Positions 1 to 10,593 of a stretch of DNA of 64,000 nt are shown here, piece by piece; position 1 is the stretch's first letter; each line of letters begins with the position of its first letter. Made by a program: the position numbers and the translations under genes. The notes beneath the pieces are model-generated. The model saw only the letters and a program-made list of their open reading frames with translations. It searched no databases and was not told the origin of the DNA. Origin of the DNA: Nitrospirota bacterium. GTDB taxonomy: Bacteria > Nitrospirota > UBA9217. The stretch covers positions 96,001-160,000 of the forward strand of contig CAVUHW010000034.1 in NCBI GenBank assembly GCA_963741205.1, given 5' to 3'.

Positions 1-1035
1 ATGGGGTATGATCCCCGGCGGTATTACAGCGGCCGGTCGCCGCTCGAGGCCGCGAGTATCGGAGTGGAACTCGGCCCCAGCGATGTCGCATTTCGGTGCA
101 ATCTCGTGACGCTGCGTATCTCGGGCGGCAAATCCGGGGGTGCGCACCACAAGGCGATCATGGAGGACTTCAGCGCCGGCCATATCTCTACCCAGGAGGC
201 GCACCTGCTGATTGAGGAGATCGACAGCAAACTCGGCAGCGACCGGATCCGTTTTTATCCCGGCGTGAGTTACCGTCACCTCATGGTTTGGAAAGGCGGG
301 AAGGACCGGATGGAATGCACCCCCCCGCACGATATCCAGGATAAGGATATCCAGGACTATCTCCCGCGCGGCGAAGGCGATGAGACCATCAATGCCCTCA
401 TGGAATCGTCGCTGGAGTTTCTCGCAGGCCATCCGGTGAACAGGAAGCGGCAGGAAGCCGGCAAGCGCGTGGCGAACAGCATCTGGCTCTGGGGCCAGGG
501 AAGGCGTCCGCAAATGCCGACCTTCCGGGAGAAGTATGGTCTCGAAGGGGCCATGATCTCTGCCGTGGACCTCACGAAGGGCATCGGCATCTACGCGGGT
601 TTCGAAGTTGTCGACGTGCCCGGCGCGACAGGATGGCTCGACACCAATTACGTGGGCAAGGCGGAGCATGCGCTTTGGGCCCTCAAGACCAAGGACATCG
701 CTTATGTTCATGTCGAGGCGCCCGATGAGGCGGGTCATACCGGCGACCTCAAGAACAAGATCAAGGCGATAGAGGATTTTGACGAGTTCATCGTCGGCAA
801 TATTATTCACGGTATGAAGCAGTTCGATGAGTACCGTATCCTGGCTCTTCCGGATCACCCGACCCCGATAGAGATCAGGACGCATTCGAACGAACCGGTG
901 CCCTTCGTGATCTACGATAACAGGAAAGAGCGCACGGGTGAGCCGGTGACCTACGACGAGAAAATTGCTGAACGCAAGGACGCCCTGATGTTCACCGAGG
1001 GGCATACCTTGATGGATTATTTTTTGAAGGGATAA
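1..1035 (+). CDS. apgM: Cofactor-independent phosphoglycerate mutase (ApgM type), 5' end outside window
   Basis: GYDP..YYSGRSPLEAA, DVAFRCNL, HVEAPDEAGH and DHPTP metal-binding motifs; precedes aspartate kinase. Confidence 0.88.
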   Translation: MGYDPRRYYSGRSPLEAASIGVELGPSDVAFRCNLVTLRISGGKSGGAHHKAIMEDFSAGHISTQEAHLLIEEIDSKLGSDRIRFYPGVSYRHLMVWKGGKDRMECTPPHDIQDKDIQDYLPRGEGDETINALMESSLEFLAGHPVNRKRQEAGKRVANSIWLWGQGRRPQMPTFREKYGLEGAMISAVDLTKGIGIYAGFEVVDVPGATGWLDTNYVGKAEHALWALKTKDIAYVHVEAPDEAGHTGDLKNKIKAIEDFDEFIVGNIIHGMKQFDEYRILALPDHPTPIEIRTHSNEPVPFVIYDNRKERTGEPVTYDEKIAERKDALMFTEGHTLMDYFLKG

Positions 1036-1040
1036 ATAAT

Positions 1041-1112
1041 TTACCACGAAGGCACCAAGTCACCAAGTAAGTCTTAAGATTTTCCTAGTGTCTTCGTGTC
1101 TTTGTGGTGAAA
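1041..1112. repeat. Intergenic inverted element built from 8-9-nt units (CACGAAG/CACCAAG ... CTTCGTG/CTTTGTG)
   Basis: accacgaaggcaccaagtcaccaag ... ctagtgtcttcgtgtctttgtggt read directly. Confidence 0.7.
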
Positions 1113-1125
1113 ACGGAGGAAGTAA

Positions 1126-2346
1126 GTGCTGATTGTCCAGAAATACGGCGGCACATCCGTCGGAAACCCCGAGCGGATCAAGAATGTGGCGAGGCGCGTT
1201 GTCCGAACCCGGGAAGAAGGCCATGATGTCGTGGTGGTCGTTTCGGCCATGAGCGGCGAGACCGACAAACTTATTAATCTTGCCAGCCAGGTGAGCGAGA
1301 ATCCCGATCCCCGGGAGATGGACATGCTCGTCTCCACGGGAGAACGCGTGACCATCGCGCTTCTGGCCATGGCGATCCAGGCTTTGGGTTACCAGGCGCA
1401 GTCCTTCACCGGAAGGCAGGCCGGCATCATCTCCGACAGCGTCCATACCAAGGCGCGGATCGAAAAGATCACCGGCGAGCGGGTGAGGTGCGCCCTCAAG
1501 GAAGGCAAAATCGCCGTCGTGGCGGGTTTCCAGGGTATCACGGAAACGTCGGACGATGTCACGACGCTCGGGCGCGGAGGATCGGACCTTTCTGCCGTGG
1601 CGGTCGCCGCCGCGCTCAAGGCGGACCTCTGCGACATCTACACGGACGTGGACGGAGTCTATACCACGGACCCGAACATGGTGCCGCAGGCGAGGAAACT
1701 CGACAAGATATCCTATGACGAGATGCTCGAACTGGCGAGTCTCGGGGCCAAGGTGCTGCAGACTCGTTCCGTCGAGTTCGCGAAAAAATACAACGTTCCG
1801 GTGAGGGTTCTCTCGAGCTTCAACGACAATCCGGGGACCCTCGTGACCAAGGAGGATTCTGATATGGAGAAGGTAGTGGTGTCCGGCGTGGCGTACGACA
1901 AGAACCAGGTGAAGGTGACCATCCAGGGGGTGCCGGACAAGCCGGGCGTGGCTGCCAGGATATTCAACACCATTTCGGACAACAATATCGTGGTGGACAT
2001 GATCATCCAGAACATCGGCGAAGGAGGCCTCACGGACATGTCGTTTACGGTCCCGAGGACGGATTCCAAGAAGATCCTGGAGGTCATGAAGAAGGTCGTG
2101 GCCGAGATCGGGGCCAAGAACGTAAATGTCAAGGAAGACATTGCGAAGATCTCGATCGTCGGAGTCGGTATGCGCTCGCACTCGGGCGTGGCCGCGAAGA
2201 TGTTCTCCGCACTGGCCAAGGAAGGCATCAATATCATGATGATCAGTACGTCTGAGATCAAGATATCCTGCGTGATCGATGCTAAATACACCGAACTCGC
2301 AGTCCGGGTGCTCCACGACTCGTTCGAGATGGATAAGGCGGCGTAG
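1126..2346 (+). CDS. lysC: Aspartate kinase
   Basis: [26 protein letters not shown], two ACT domains; RBS ggagg. Confidence 0.97.
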   Translation: MLIVQKYGGTSVGNPERIKNVARRVVRTREEGHDVVVVVSAMSGETDKLINLASQVSENPDPREMDMLVSTGERVTIALLAMAIQALGYQAQSFTGRQAGIISDSVHTKARIEKITGERVRCALKEGKIAVVAGFQGITETSDDVTTLGRGGSDLSAVAVAAALKADLCDIYTDVDGVYTTDPNMVPQARKLDKISYDEMLELASLGAKVLQTRSVEFAKKYNVPVRVLSSFNDNPGTLVTKEDSDMEKVVVSGVAYDKNQVKVTIQGVPDKPGVAARIFNTISDNNIVVDMIIQNIGEGGLTDMSFTVPRTDSKKILEVMKKVVAEIGAKNVNVKEDIAKISIVGVGMRSHSGVAAKMFSALAKEGINIMMISTSEIKISCVIDAKYTELAVRVLHDSFEMDKAA

Positions 2347-2349
2347 GTC

Positions 2350-2421
2350 CGGCAAAGTGCATGGAGCAAAGCGCATAGCGTAAGATGCGAAACCCCATGC
2401 GCTTTGCGCTATGCGCCATGC
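2350..2421. repeat. Heptamer inverted-repeat element (GCAAAGC/GCATAGC ... GCTTTGC/GCTATGC)
   Basis: gcaaagtgcatggagcaaagcgcatagcg ... catgcgctttgcgctatgcgccatgc; half copy at about 8561-8588. Confidence 0.7.
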
Positions 2422-2431
2422 CACGTATATT

Positions 2432-4099
2432 ATGAAACCAACAGTCCAAATCTACGACACCACTCTCCGTGACGGGGCCCAGGCGGAGGACGTGAACTTC
2501 TCGGTCGAGGACAAGATCCGCATTGCGCGTAAACTCGACCAGTTCGGCGTCCACTATATCGAGGGCGGCTGGCCGGGTTCCAACCCCCGCGACGTCGAGT
2601 TCTTCAAGGAAATGCGCCGTGTCAAGCTGACGAGGGCGAGGCTTTCAGCCTTCGGGTCGACCCGCCGCGCCGGGCTCAAGGTCTCACATGATCCCAGTAT
2701 GAAAGCCTTGGCTGCCTCGGGCGCGCCTGTTGCGACCATCTTCGGGAAATCATGGGACTTGCACGTGCATAAGGCGCTCAAGACAAGCCTCGAGGAAAAT
2801 CTCAATATGATTTCCGACTCGGTGTCGTTCCTGAAAAAACATATGGACGAGGTCGTTTATGACGCCGAACATTTTTTCGACGGGTACAAGGCCAACCCTG
2901 ATTATGCGATCCTTACCCTCCTCGCAGCGGAAAATGCCGGCGCCGACTGCCTGGTGCTGTGCGACACCAACGGAGGAGTCTTGACGCATGAAATCGAAGA
3001 AATCGTCAAGCAGGTCAAGACGCGGATCCGTACCCCATTCGGGATCCATGCTCATAACGACGCCGAACTTGCCGTAGCGAACTCGCTTGCCGCGATAAGG
3101 ATGGGCGCCGTGCAGGTCCATGGCACGGTGAACGGCTACGGTGAGCGGTGCGGGAACGCCAACCTCTGCTCCATCATCCCGGCCCTGAAGCTCAAAATGG
3201 GGGTCGATTGCGTCTCCGACAATAGTCTTTCGAAGCTGCGGGACCTGTCCCGCTTCGTGGATGAACTCGCAAACCTGCCGCACCGCAAGCGGCAGCCCTA
3301 TATCGGCGACAGCGCATTCGCCCATAAAGGAGGCGTGCACGTGGACGCCATTGCAAAGAGTTCCCTGACTTATGAGCACATCGCCCCGGAACTCGTGGGG
3401 AACAGACGGCGCATCCTGGTGTCCGACATGGCGGGAAAGAGCAACATCCTTCAGAAGGCGGTGGAACTGGGCATCCCGCTCACGAAGGACAGTCCCGAAC
3501 TCGCCGAGATACTCAAAAAGGTCAAAGAGCTGGAGAACGAGGGATATGAATTCGAGGGCGCCGAGGGGTCGCTCGAACTCCTCATGCTCCGCGCAGGCCA
3601 CAACTACGAGTCGGTGTTCACCATGTTCGACCGGATCGATTACCGCATCTTAACGGAGAAGCGAAAGGTAGATCCGCATCCGGTGAGCGAGGCGACCGTT
3701 ACGGTGGAGGTCGGCGGCGACATCGAGCATACGGCCGCATGGGGCAACGGCCCTGTGAACGCGCTGGACAAGGCCCTCCGCAAGGTGCTTCCCGGATATT
3801 TCCCGGGGAGGGGGCTGGAAAACGTCCGGCTGATCGACTACAAGGTCCGGGTGCTGACCGCGTCAGAGGGAACGGCCGCCCGGGTGCGCGTGCTGATCGA
3901 ATCGGGGGACGGCAAGAACAAGTGGGGCACGGTCGGTGTGTCCGAGAACGTGATCGAGGCGAGCTGGCAGGCGCTGGTGGACAGCATTGAATACAAGCTG
4001 TTGAGGACGAAGAAGAAAGTAATATGGAGCAAGGCAACCGTGTTGCCGTCTCCTGACGCCGACGCGGTCGGCTCGGTCCAAAGTGAGGCAATACTATGA
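2432..4099 (+). CDS. cimA: Citramalate synthase
   Basis: YDTTLRDGAQ, EGGWPGSNP, YDAEHFFDG, HAHND, GERCGNANL, LeuA-type regulatory domain. Confidence 0.93.
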   Translation: MKPTVQIYDTTLRDGAQAEDVNFSVEDKIRIARKLDQFGVHYIEGGWPGSNPRDVEFFKEMRRVKLTRARLSAFGSTRRAGLKVSHDPSMKALAASGAPVATIFGKSWDLHVHKALKTSLEENLNMISDSVSFLKKHMDEVVYDAEHFFDGYKANPDYAILTLLAAENAGADCLVLCDTNGGVLTHEIEEIVKQVKTRIRTPFGIHAHNDAELAVANSLAAIRMGAVQVHGTVNGYGERCGNANLCSIIPALKLKMGVDCVSDNSLSKLRDLSRFVDELANLPHRKRQPYIGDSAFAHKGGVHVDAIAKSSLTYEHIAPELVGNRRRILVSDMAGKSNILQKAVELGIPLTKDSPELAEILKKVKELENEGYEFEGAEGSLELLMLRAGHNYESVFTMFDRIDYRILTEKRKVDPHPVSEATVTVEVGGDIEHTAAWGNGPVNALDKALRKVLPGYFPGRGLENVRLIDYKVRVLTASEGTAARVRVLIESGDGKNKWGTVGVSENVIEASWQALVDSIEYKLLRTKKKVIWSKATVLPSPDADAVGSVQSEAIL

Positions 4100-4524
4100 T
4101 CGAAGAAGAAGGCATCGTAGCCGAGATCGAAGGGAACATTGCCAAGGTGGCTATTGTTAAAAAGAGCGCCTGCGAGCAGTGCTCGGCTTCCGGCGTCTGT
4201 CATCCGGGCGACCAGGAGTATCTGGAGGCCGCGAATCCCTTGAACGCCGAGAAGGGCCAGAAGGTAAAAGTGGCTATTGCGCCTCAACTGTACCTGAAAG
4301 CGTCGATCATTCTGTACGGCATCCCCATGGTTGCTCTCATCTCGGGCGCGATTATAGCCAAGAACATAGCAGTGCACTATGTCGGTGAGGAAAATTCCGA
4401 CCTCTGGGCATTCATTGCCGGCATGGCGTTCACTTTTATTTCCTTTTTGTTCATACGGTCATATAATAAGAAAGTTGAAAAGACCCACAAGTATAAACCG
4501 GTGATCGTCGAGATTCTTTCCTGA
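4096..4524 (+). CDS. RseC/MucC family membrane protein
   Basis: MIEEEGIV..SACEQC...C, NPLNA..G..V, two TM helices. Confidence 0.85.
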   Translation: MIEEEGIVAEIEGNIAKVAIVKKSACEQCSASGVCHPGDQEYLEAANPLNAEKGQKVKVAIAPQLYLKASIILYGIPMVALISGAIIAKNIAVHYVGEENSDLWAFIAGMAFTFISFLFIRSYNKKVEKTHKYKPVIVEILS

Positions 4525-4556
4525 GACATGACAAACACAAAACGGTGAGGCGCAGC

Positions 4557-4823
4557 ATGAGATTGATTAAAAAACCCGACGAAGCGAGAAGACTTGCACG
4601 GACGATCCTCTCGGACATCCTGCTGTACAACCAGGCAAAGGTGAAGGAGGGGATCGAGCAGGACAGTCTTTTCGATGTCCTGACGGAAGAGCTTGCGGAG
4701 GGCCGAAAATATTATGAAACCATGGTGGACGAAGAGCTCCGCCGCGAGAACAATTTTTTCAACGAAGCCGTTGTGGACGTCCTGATAAAGCAGGGAGGCA
4801 AAATCAAGTCGGAAATCTGGTAA
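4557..4823 (+). CDS. RomX-like small protein (MglA GEF-complex subunit homolog)
   Basis: 88 aa; ARRLARTILSDILLYN..KV..GIEQD.LF..L.EEL.EGR..Y and NFF..A..D.L...G.IKS.IW match the myxobacterial RomX pattern as I recall it. Confidence 0.65.
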   Translation: MRLIKKPDEARRLARTILSDILLYNQAKVKEGIEQDSLFDVLTEELAEGRKYYETMVDEELRRENNFFNEAVVDVLIKQGGKIKSEIW

Positions 4824-4865
4824 GGTCATAAGATACAACATTCGGTCACTCAAAAGGAGCGTCTT

Positions 4866-6981
4866 ATGAAAAGCACTGATGTCAAGGAAGTCCGCAACAT
4901 CGCCATTCTGTCACACGGGGCGGCGGGAAAGACCTCGCTCGCCGACGCCATGGTCTATGCCGGGGGGGCCGTCGATCTCCTGGGGAGTGTCGATAACGGC
5001 ACTTCGGTTTTCATGCATGAACCCGAGGAAATGGCGAGAAAGATCACCATCACCTCTTCGCTCGGCTTCGCGGACTGGAAGGACGTACGGATCAACATCA
5101 TAGATACTCCGGGTTACATCAACTTTCTCGAAGAGACCAAAGGCGTCCTCCGCGCCGTCGATGGCGCCATTATCATCGTATCCGCCCTTTCCGGCGTCAA
5201 GGCCGAAACCGAGAAAATATACAAATTCGCCTGCGACTACGAGATCTCCCGCATCGCTTTCATCAGCAAGCTCGACAAAGAACGCGCCGATTTCTTCCGC
5301 GCCGTAGGCGACATGGAAAAGTATTTCTGCAAGGGCGCCCTCATCCTTCAGCTCCCCATCGGGCGGGAGGAGAGTTTCCGCGGCGTCATCGACCTCATCA
5401 CGATGAAGGCGCTCTACTTCGCCCAGGACGGCAGCGGCAAAGCGGAGGAACAAGAGATCCCCGGCACCATGAAGGACGACGCGGCCGCCTATCGCAAGAA
5501 ACTCGTGGAGCAGATCGCGGAAACGGAAGACAGCCTGCTCGAAAAATATCTTGATAAGGGCGATCTCTCGCAGGAGGACCTGATCGCGGGGCTCAAACAC
5601 GGCACGCTGGTCGGCGGGCTCCTGCCGGTCCTCTGCGGCTCCCCCGTCAAGAACATGGGGGTCCGGCAGCTCATGGACGCGGTGGTTTCCTGCCTGCCTT
5701 CGCCGGCGGAACGGGCGGGCATCGTGGCCATCAAGGGCAAGGACCTGAAGACCGGCCAGGAGCTCGTGCGCAAGCCCAGCCCCGACGAGCCGCTCGCCGC
5801 GCTCGTGTTCAAGACCGTCATTGACCCTTTTGCCGGGAAAGCTCTCGATGGTCAGGGTCTACTCGGGGACGCTCAAGGCCGACTCAACCGCCTATAATTC
5901 CACCCGGCAGACCAGGGAAAAAATCGGCACCCTGTTTCTGGTGGAAGGCAAGAAGCAGGTGTCCGTACCGGCGCTCTCCGCGGGCCAGATCGGCGCCGTG
6001 GCAAAGCTCAAGGAGACACAGACCGGCGATACGTTGTGCGCCGAGCAGCAGCCGATCGTCATCGATTTTGCGAAATTCGCGGACCCGGTGATGTCTTACG
6101 CCGTCACTCCCAAGTCCCGGGGGGACGAGGACAAGGTGAGCATCGGCCTTCACAAGCTTCTCGAGGAAGACCCTACCCTGAAGTTCACCTATGACGATCA
6201 GACGAAGGAAATGGTGCTTTCCGGGATGGGGCAGGTCCACCTCGAAGTGACGCTCGAGAAGCTCAAAAGGAAATTCGGCGCGGACGTGACGATGAAGACC
6301 CCCAAGGTCCCCTACAAGGAAACCATCAGGACCAAGGCGAGCGCGCAGGGCAAGTACAAGAAACAGACGGGCGGCCACGGCCAGTACGGCGACGCCTGGC
6401 TCGAGATCGAGCCCCTGCCGCGAGGGACCGGATTCGAATTCGTGGATAATATCGTGGGCGGAGTGGTCCCGCGGCAGTACATTCCCGCCGTGGAAAAAGG
6501 CGTTATCGAGGCCATGCACGAGGGCATCCTCGCGGGGTATCCCGTCGTGGACATCAGGGTCTCGCTGTATGACGGCTCCTACCACGCGGTGGACTCCTCC
6601 GAAATGGCGTTCAAGGTCGCGGCAAGCATGGCCTTCAAGAAGGCTGTGGAAGCGGCCAAGCCGGTCCTGCTCGAACCGATCATGAGCGTCGAGGTCGTGG
6701 CCCCCGATGATGCGCTCGGCGCCGTGATCGGCGATCTCAACTCGCGCCGCGGCAAGGTGCAGGGCGTCGTCCCCCAGGCAAACGGCCAGGCGATCAAGGC
6801 CCTGGTGCCCATGTCCGAGATGCTTACCTACGCGCCTACGCTCAACTCCCTGACGAGCGGGCGGGCGATGTACACGATGGAATTTTACAGCTATGAAGAC
6901 GTCCCGAGCCACCTGGCGCAGAAGATCACCCAGGAGCGGGCCGCGCAGCACGGCGGGGCTCACAATCAGAAGGAAAAATAA
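4866..6981 (+). CDS. fusA: Elongation factor G paralog (EF-G2 type), split by one indel near 5838
   Basis: RNIAILSHGAAGKT, DTPG, GMGQVHLE, KKQTGGHGQYG, DGSYHAVDSSE across ORFs 4866-5897 and 5821-6981. Confidence 0.93.
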
Positions 6982-7014
6982 TCAAAGTCATCCATCGATC
7001 AGGCGGCCTTTCTT

Positions 7015-7207
7015 TCGTCATTCCCGCCTGCGCCCAGCGCCTACGAGTGCGACAGCGCGAGTGCAGGGTGAATGCTTGAATCGGGAATCCAGAGATTTAA
7101 AAGACGCGCCCTGCACTCATGCTGCCGCACACCTTGTATTCGCGACGCAGCACTATAAACGTTGGGTGCGGGCTGGGTCCCCGATAGAGACATTCGGGGA
7201 CGACGAA
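7015..7207. repeat. REP-like double-hairpin element (GTCATTCCCG..CGGGAATCCAG / CTGGGTCCCCG..CGGGGACGAC) with a 44-bp insert
   Basis: Arms are near-identical, in inverted orientation, to 32851-32932. Confidence 0.8.
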
Positions 7208-7237
7208 CGAAAGATGCCTTAAGAGAAAGAAAAATTC

Positions 7238-8494
7238 ATGTATAGAAAAGACACCCTTTCCAACGGGATCCGGGTCGTGTCCGAAACCCTTCCGAAATCG
7301 CGCTCCGTGTCCATCGGCGTGTGGGTGAAGGTCGGTTCGCGGCATGAAGCGCCCGAGATCGGCGGCATATCGCATTTCATCGAGCACATGTTCTTCAAGG
7401 GGACGGGCAAACGGTCAGCCAAGGACATCGCCATCGAGATGGACTCCATCGGCGGCGAAATGAATGCGTTCACCTCGCAGGAGACGACCACGTATTACGC
7501 CAAGGTCGTCGACGAGCACCTTCCCGTGGTCATCGAGATCCTTGCGGATATCCTTCTCGGCGCAAAGTTTGATCCCGCCGAGATGGAAAAGGAGCGCAAA
7601 GTCATCCTCGAAGAGATCAAGGGTGTCGAGGATACGCCCGATGACTACATCCACGAACTCTTTACGAACACAGTCTGGCCCGACAATTCCCTCGGCCGTC
7701 CCATCCTGGGGACCCGGGAGACCATCAAGGCGCTCAAACACGATGACATCGTTTCCTACATCGACAACTATTACCACCCAAAAGAGATCGTGATATCGGT
7801 CGCGGGGAATTTCGAGCATGCGCGGCTGATCGAACTCCTGGACGGGCATTTCGGAAAACTGGCGCGGAACGGCACCGCCAAAAAAGAGGCGACCCCAGCC
7901 TTCACCCGCGCCGTCAGCGTCAAGAAAAAGCAGCTCGAACAGGTTCAGCTCTGCCTTGGCTGCAAGGGGCTGTATTACACGCACGATGAGCGGTTCGTGA
8001 TTTCAGCCCTCAATACGGTGCTCGGAAACAGCATGAGCTCCCGCTTGTTCCAGGAGATCCGGGAACAGAACGCCCTCGCTTATTCGATCTATTCCTACGT
8101 CACGTCTTACCGCGATACCGGGCTCCTCACGGTATATGCGGGAACAGGTCCGGCAAACGCGCTCGAGGTCGTCAGGCTCGTGGTCAAGGAAATGAAAAAG
8201 ATCAAGGAGGAGGGGATCACGGCCGCGGAGGAACTCCGGGTGAAGAACCAGATCAAGGGAAGCTTGATCCTCTCGCTCGAGAGCAGCAACAGCCACATGA
8301 GCAGGCTCGCCCGGCAGGAGATCTATTTCGGTAAATACCTGTCCATGGACGATATCATCAAGGGCGTTGAAAAGGTCACCGCGGAGCATGTGCAGCGGCT
8401 TGCGCAGCAGCTCTTTACCCGCGACAACATTGCCCTCACGATCCTGGGGCCGCTCGGCAGGGCCGATGTGCCCGATTCGGCTTTGGAGATTTGA
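7238..8494 (+). CDS. M16 family zinc peptidase
   Basis: HFIEH inverted zinc motif, GGEMNAFT, SSRLFQEIRE..LAY. Confidence 0.95.
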   Translation: MYRKDTLSNGIRVVSETLPKSRSVSIGVWVKVGSRHEAPEIGGISHFIEHMFFKGTGKRSAKDIAIEMDSIGGEMNAFTSQETTTYYAKVVDEHLPVVIEILADILLGAKFDPAEMEKERKVILEEIKGVEDTPDDYIHELFTNTVWPDNSLGRPILGTRETIKALKHDDIVSYIDNYYHPKEIVISVAGNFEHARLIELLDGHFGKLARNGTAKKEATPAFTRAVSVKKKQLEQVQLCLGCKGLYYTHDERFVISALNTVLGNSMSSRLFQEIREQNALAYSIYSYVTSYRDTGLLTVYAGTGPANALEVVRLVVKEMKKIKEEGITAAEELRVKNQIKGSLILSLESSNSHMSRLARQEIYFGKYLSMDDIIKGVEKVTAEHVQRLAQQLFTRDNIALTILGPLGRADVPDSALEI

Positions 8495-8601
8495 ATCACG
8501 GATGAACACGAGCGCATCATTGTCAAGATCGCATGTATGCGCAGGATAGTATACCAGCAACTCTACGCTATGCGCTTTGCTCTATGCGAATATTACAGAA
8601 C

Positions 8602-9054
8602 ATGCCCCAACATCTTGTCGTCCATATAAACCGGCTGCCGAATTCCGAAGGGCTGCCGCTTCCCCATTACCAGACCGAGCACGCCGCGGGAGTCGATCTG
8701 TACGCGGCAGTGCAGGGGGACACCGTCATCGCAGCGGGGCAATGGTCGCTTATTCCCACCGGCATCTCCCTGGCGATTCCGGAAGGGTACGAAGGCCAGG
8801 TCCGGCCCCGGAGCGGGCTCGCGCTCAAACACGGCATCGGCATGCTGAACGGCCCCGGCACCATTGACGCGGACTACCGGGGAGAGATCGGGATCATCCT
8901 GTTCAATTTCAGCAACGAGCCCTTCACGGTGCGCCGCGGCGACCGCATCGCGCAGATGGTGTTCGCGAAACTCGAAAAGGCGAGGTTTGAGAGCGTGGCG
9001 TCGTTGTCCGAGACCGTGCGGGGCCCCGGGGGGTTCGGGCATACGGGGATATGA
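8602..9054 (+). CDS. dut: dUTP diphosphatase
   Basis: [38 protein letters not shown]. Confidence 0.96.
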   Translation: MPQHLVVHINRLPNSEGLPLPHYQTEHAAGVDLYAAVQGDTVIAAGQWSLIPTGISLAIPEGYEGQVRPRSGLALKHGIGMLNGPGTIDADYRGEIGIILFNFSNEPFTVRRGDRIAQMVFAKLEKARFESVASLSETVRGPGGFGHTGI

Positions 9055-9232
9055 TAAGACAAACACGAATAGGTTGCCGACACTGCTTTAATCATACTGG
9101 GGCAGGCTTGCGAAGAAATGCTTATCGCAATGACAGTAAGGAGTTTTTCAGTAACCCGTTATCCAGATGAGCTTGGAATTTATTCTGGCGTTTGCTGTTT
9201 ATAATTTGGAATTTGATCGGAGAAAGGAACCT

Positions 9233-10558
9233 ATGCGCCGGTTGCGAAAAATCATCATCATCACATTGCTTATGGCTGCATCAGCTAAATTTGCCTTCAG
9301 CCAGCCGCTGAACGTCACCGAAAAGATCCTCCCGAACGGACTCAAGGTGCTGCTCATGGAGGAGCACAAGGCGCCGGTGGTGACGTTCCAGATCTGGTAC
9401 AAGGTCGGATCGCGCAACGAATGCCTCGGCAAGACAGGACTGTCCCACATGCTGGAACACATGATGTTCAAGGGGACGAAAAAGCATGGTCCCAAGACTT
9501 TCTCCCAGACGGTCCAGCGTAACGGCGGCAATGACAATGCTTTTACCTCCCACGATTACACGGCCTATTTTGAGAGCTTTGCGGCGGACCGTATCGGGAT
9601 ATCGCTTGACCTCGAGTCGGACCGCATGCAGGACCTGTTGATAGACCCCAAGGAGTTCGCCTCCGAACGCGACGTGGTGAAGGAAGAGCGCCGCATGCGG
9701 TATGAGGATGACCCGGTCAATACCCTGGAGGAGCAGATGATGACCGTTGCCTTCAGCGCCCATCCCTATCAGTGGCCCGTGATCGGGTGGATGGCGGATA
9801 TCAGCAATTTCACCCGGGACGACCTGTACCACCATTACCGCACCTACTATGTGCCGAACAACGCGACGATCGTCGCGGTCGGCGATTTCAATACAAAGAC
9901 GCTGTTAGCCGGGATCGAGAAATCATTCGGCTCGATACCGCGAGGCCCTGATGTGCCAAAGGTCGACGCTGTCGAGCCGAAACATCTCGGCGAGCGGCGG
10001 GTCATCGTCCATAAAGAGGCGGAATTGCCCGCGGTCTTTGCGGGGTTCAATGCGCCGACCCTGAAGCACGCAGACTCCTATTCTCTCGATGTCTTGCAGG
10101 GAATTCTTTCCTCCGGGAAAAGCTCCCGACTCTACCGCTCCCTGGTTTATGAAAAACAGATTGCCCTCTATGCAGGGGGCGATTACGACAACATATCCAC
10201 GGACCCGAACCTGTTCTATGTCTACGCAGGCGTGATGCCCGGGAAAACTCCCGAAGAGGTTGAAGCTGCGCTGCTCGCGGAGATCGACAGGTTCAAGGCC
10301 GAACCGGTGACCGACGACGAACTTCTGAAGGCCAAAAACCAGATCGAGTCCACCTTCATCATGGGACGTGACTCGAACTTCAACCAGGCGATGCAGATCG
10401 GCCAGTTCGAAAGCGTCGCCAGCTGGAAACTACTCGAAACGTATGTGGACAAGATCCGGGCCGTGACGAAGGAAGACATCATGCGCGTGGCAAAGGAATA
10501 TTTTTCGGGAGACAACAGGACGGTAGGGATCCTTCTACCGGTGAAGAATGTAAAATGA
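9233..10558 (+). CDS. Secreted M16B peptidase, catalytic subunit
   Basis: Signal peptide; HMLEH motif; NAFTS.DYT. Confidence 0.93.
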   Translation: MRRLRKIIIITLLMAASAKFAFSQPLNVTEKILPNGLKVLLMEEHKAPVVTFQIWYKVGSRNECLGKTGLSHMLEHMMFKGTKKHGPKTFSQTVQRNGGNDNAFTSHDYTAYFESFAADRIGISLDLESDRMQDLLIDPKEFASERDVVKEERRMRYEDDPVNTLEEQMMTVAFSAHPYQWPVIGWMADISNFTRDDLYHHYRTYYVPNNATIVAVGDFNTKTLLAGIEKSFGSIPRGPDVPKVDAVEPKHLGERRVIVHKEAELPAVFAGFNAPTLKHADSYSLDVLQGILSSGKSSRLYRSLVYEKQIALYAGGDYDNISTDPNLFYVYAGVMPGKTPEEVEAALLAEIDRFKAEPVTDDELLKAKNQIESTFIMGRDSNFNQAMQIGQFESVASWKLLETYVDKIRAVTKEDIMRVAKEYFSGDNRTVGILLPVKNVK

Positions 10559-10593
10559 GGGATTGGAAAATTAAAATGACGAGGCAGAAGAAA

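Noticed and set aside
5830-5850. Programmed frameshift in fusA (gccgggaaagct)
   Set aside because: It needs removal of one A from a short homopolymer, there is no in-frame X XXY YYZ site, and similar single indels hit glmU, copA, pfkB and the arn genes. Best explained as sequencing error.
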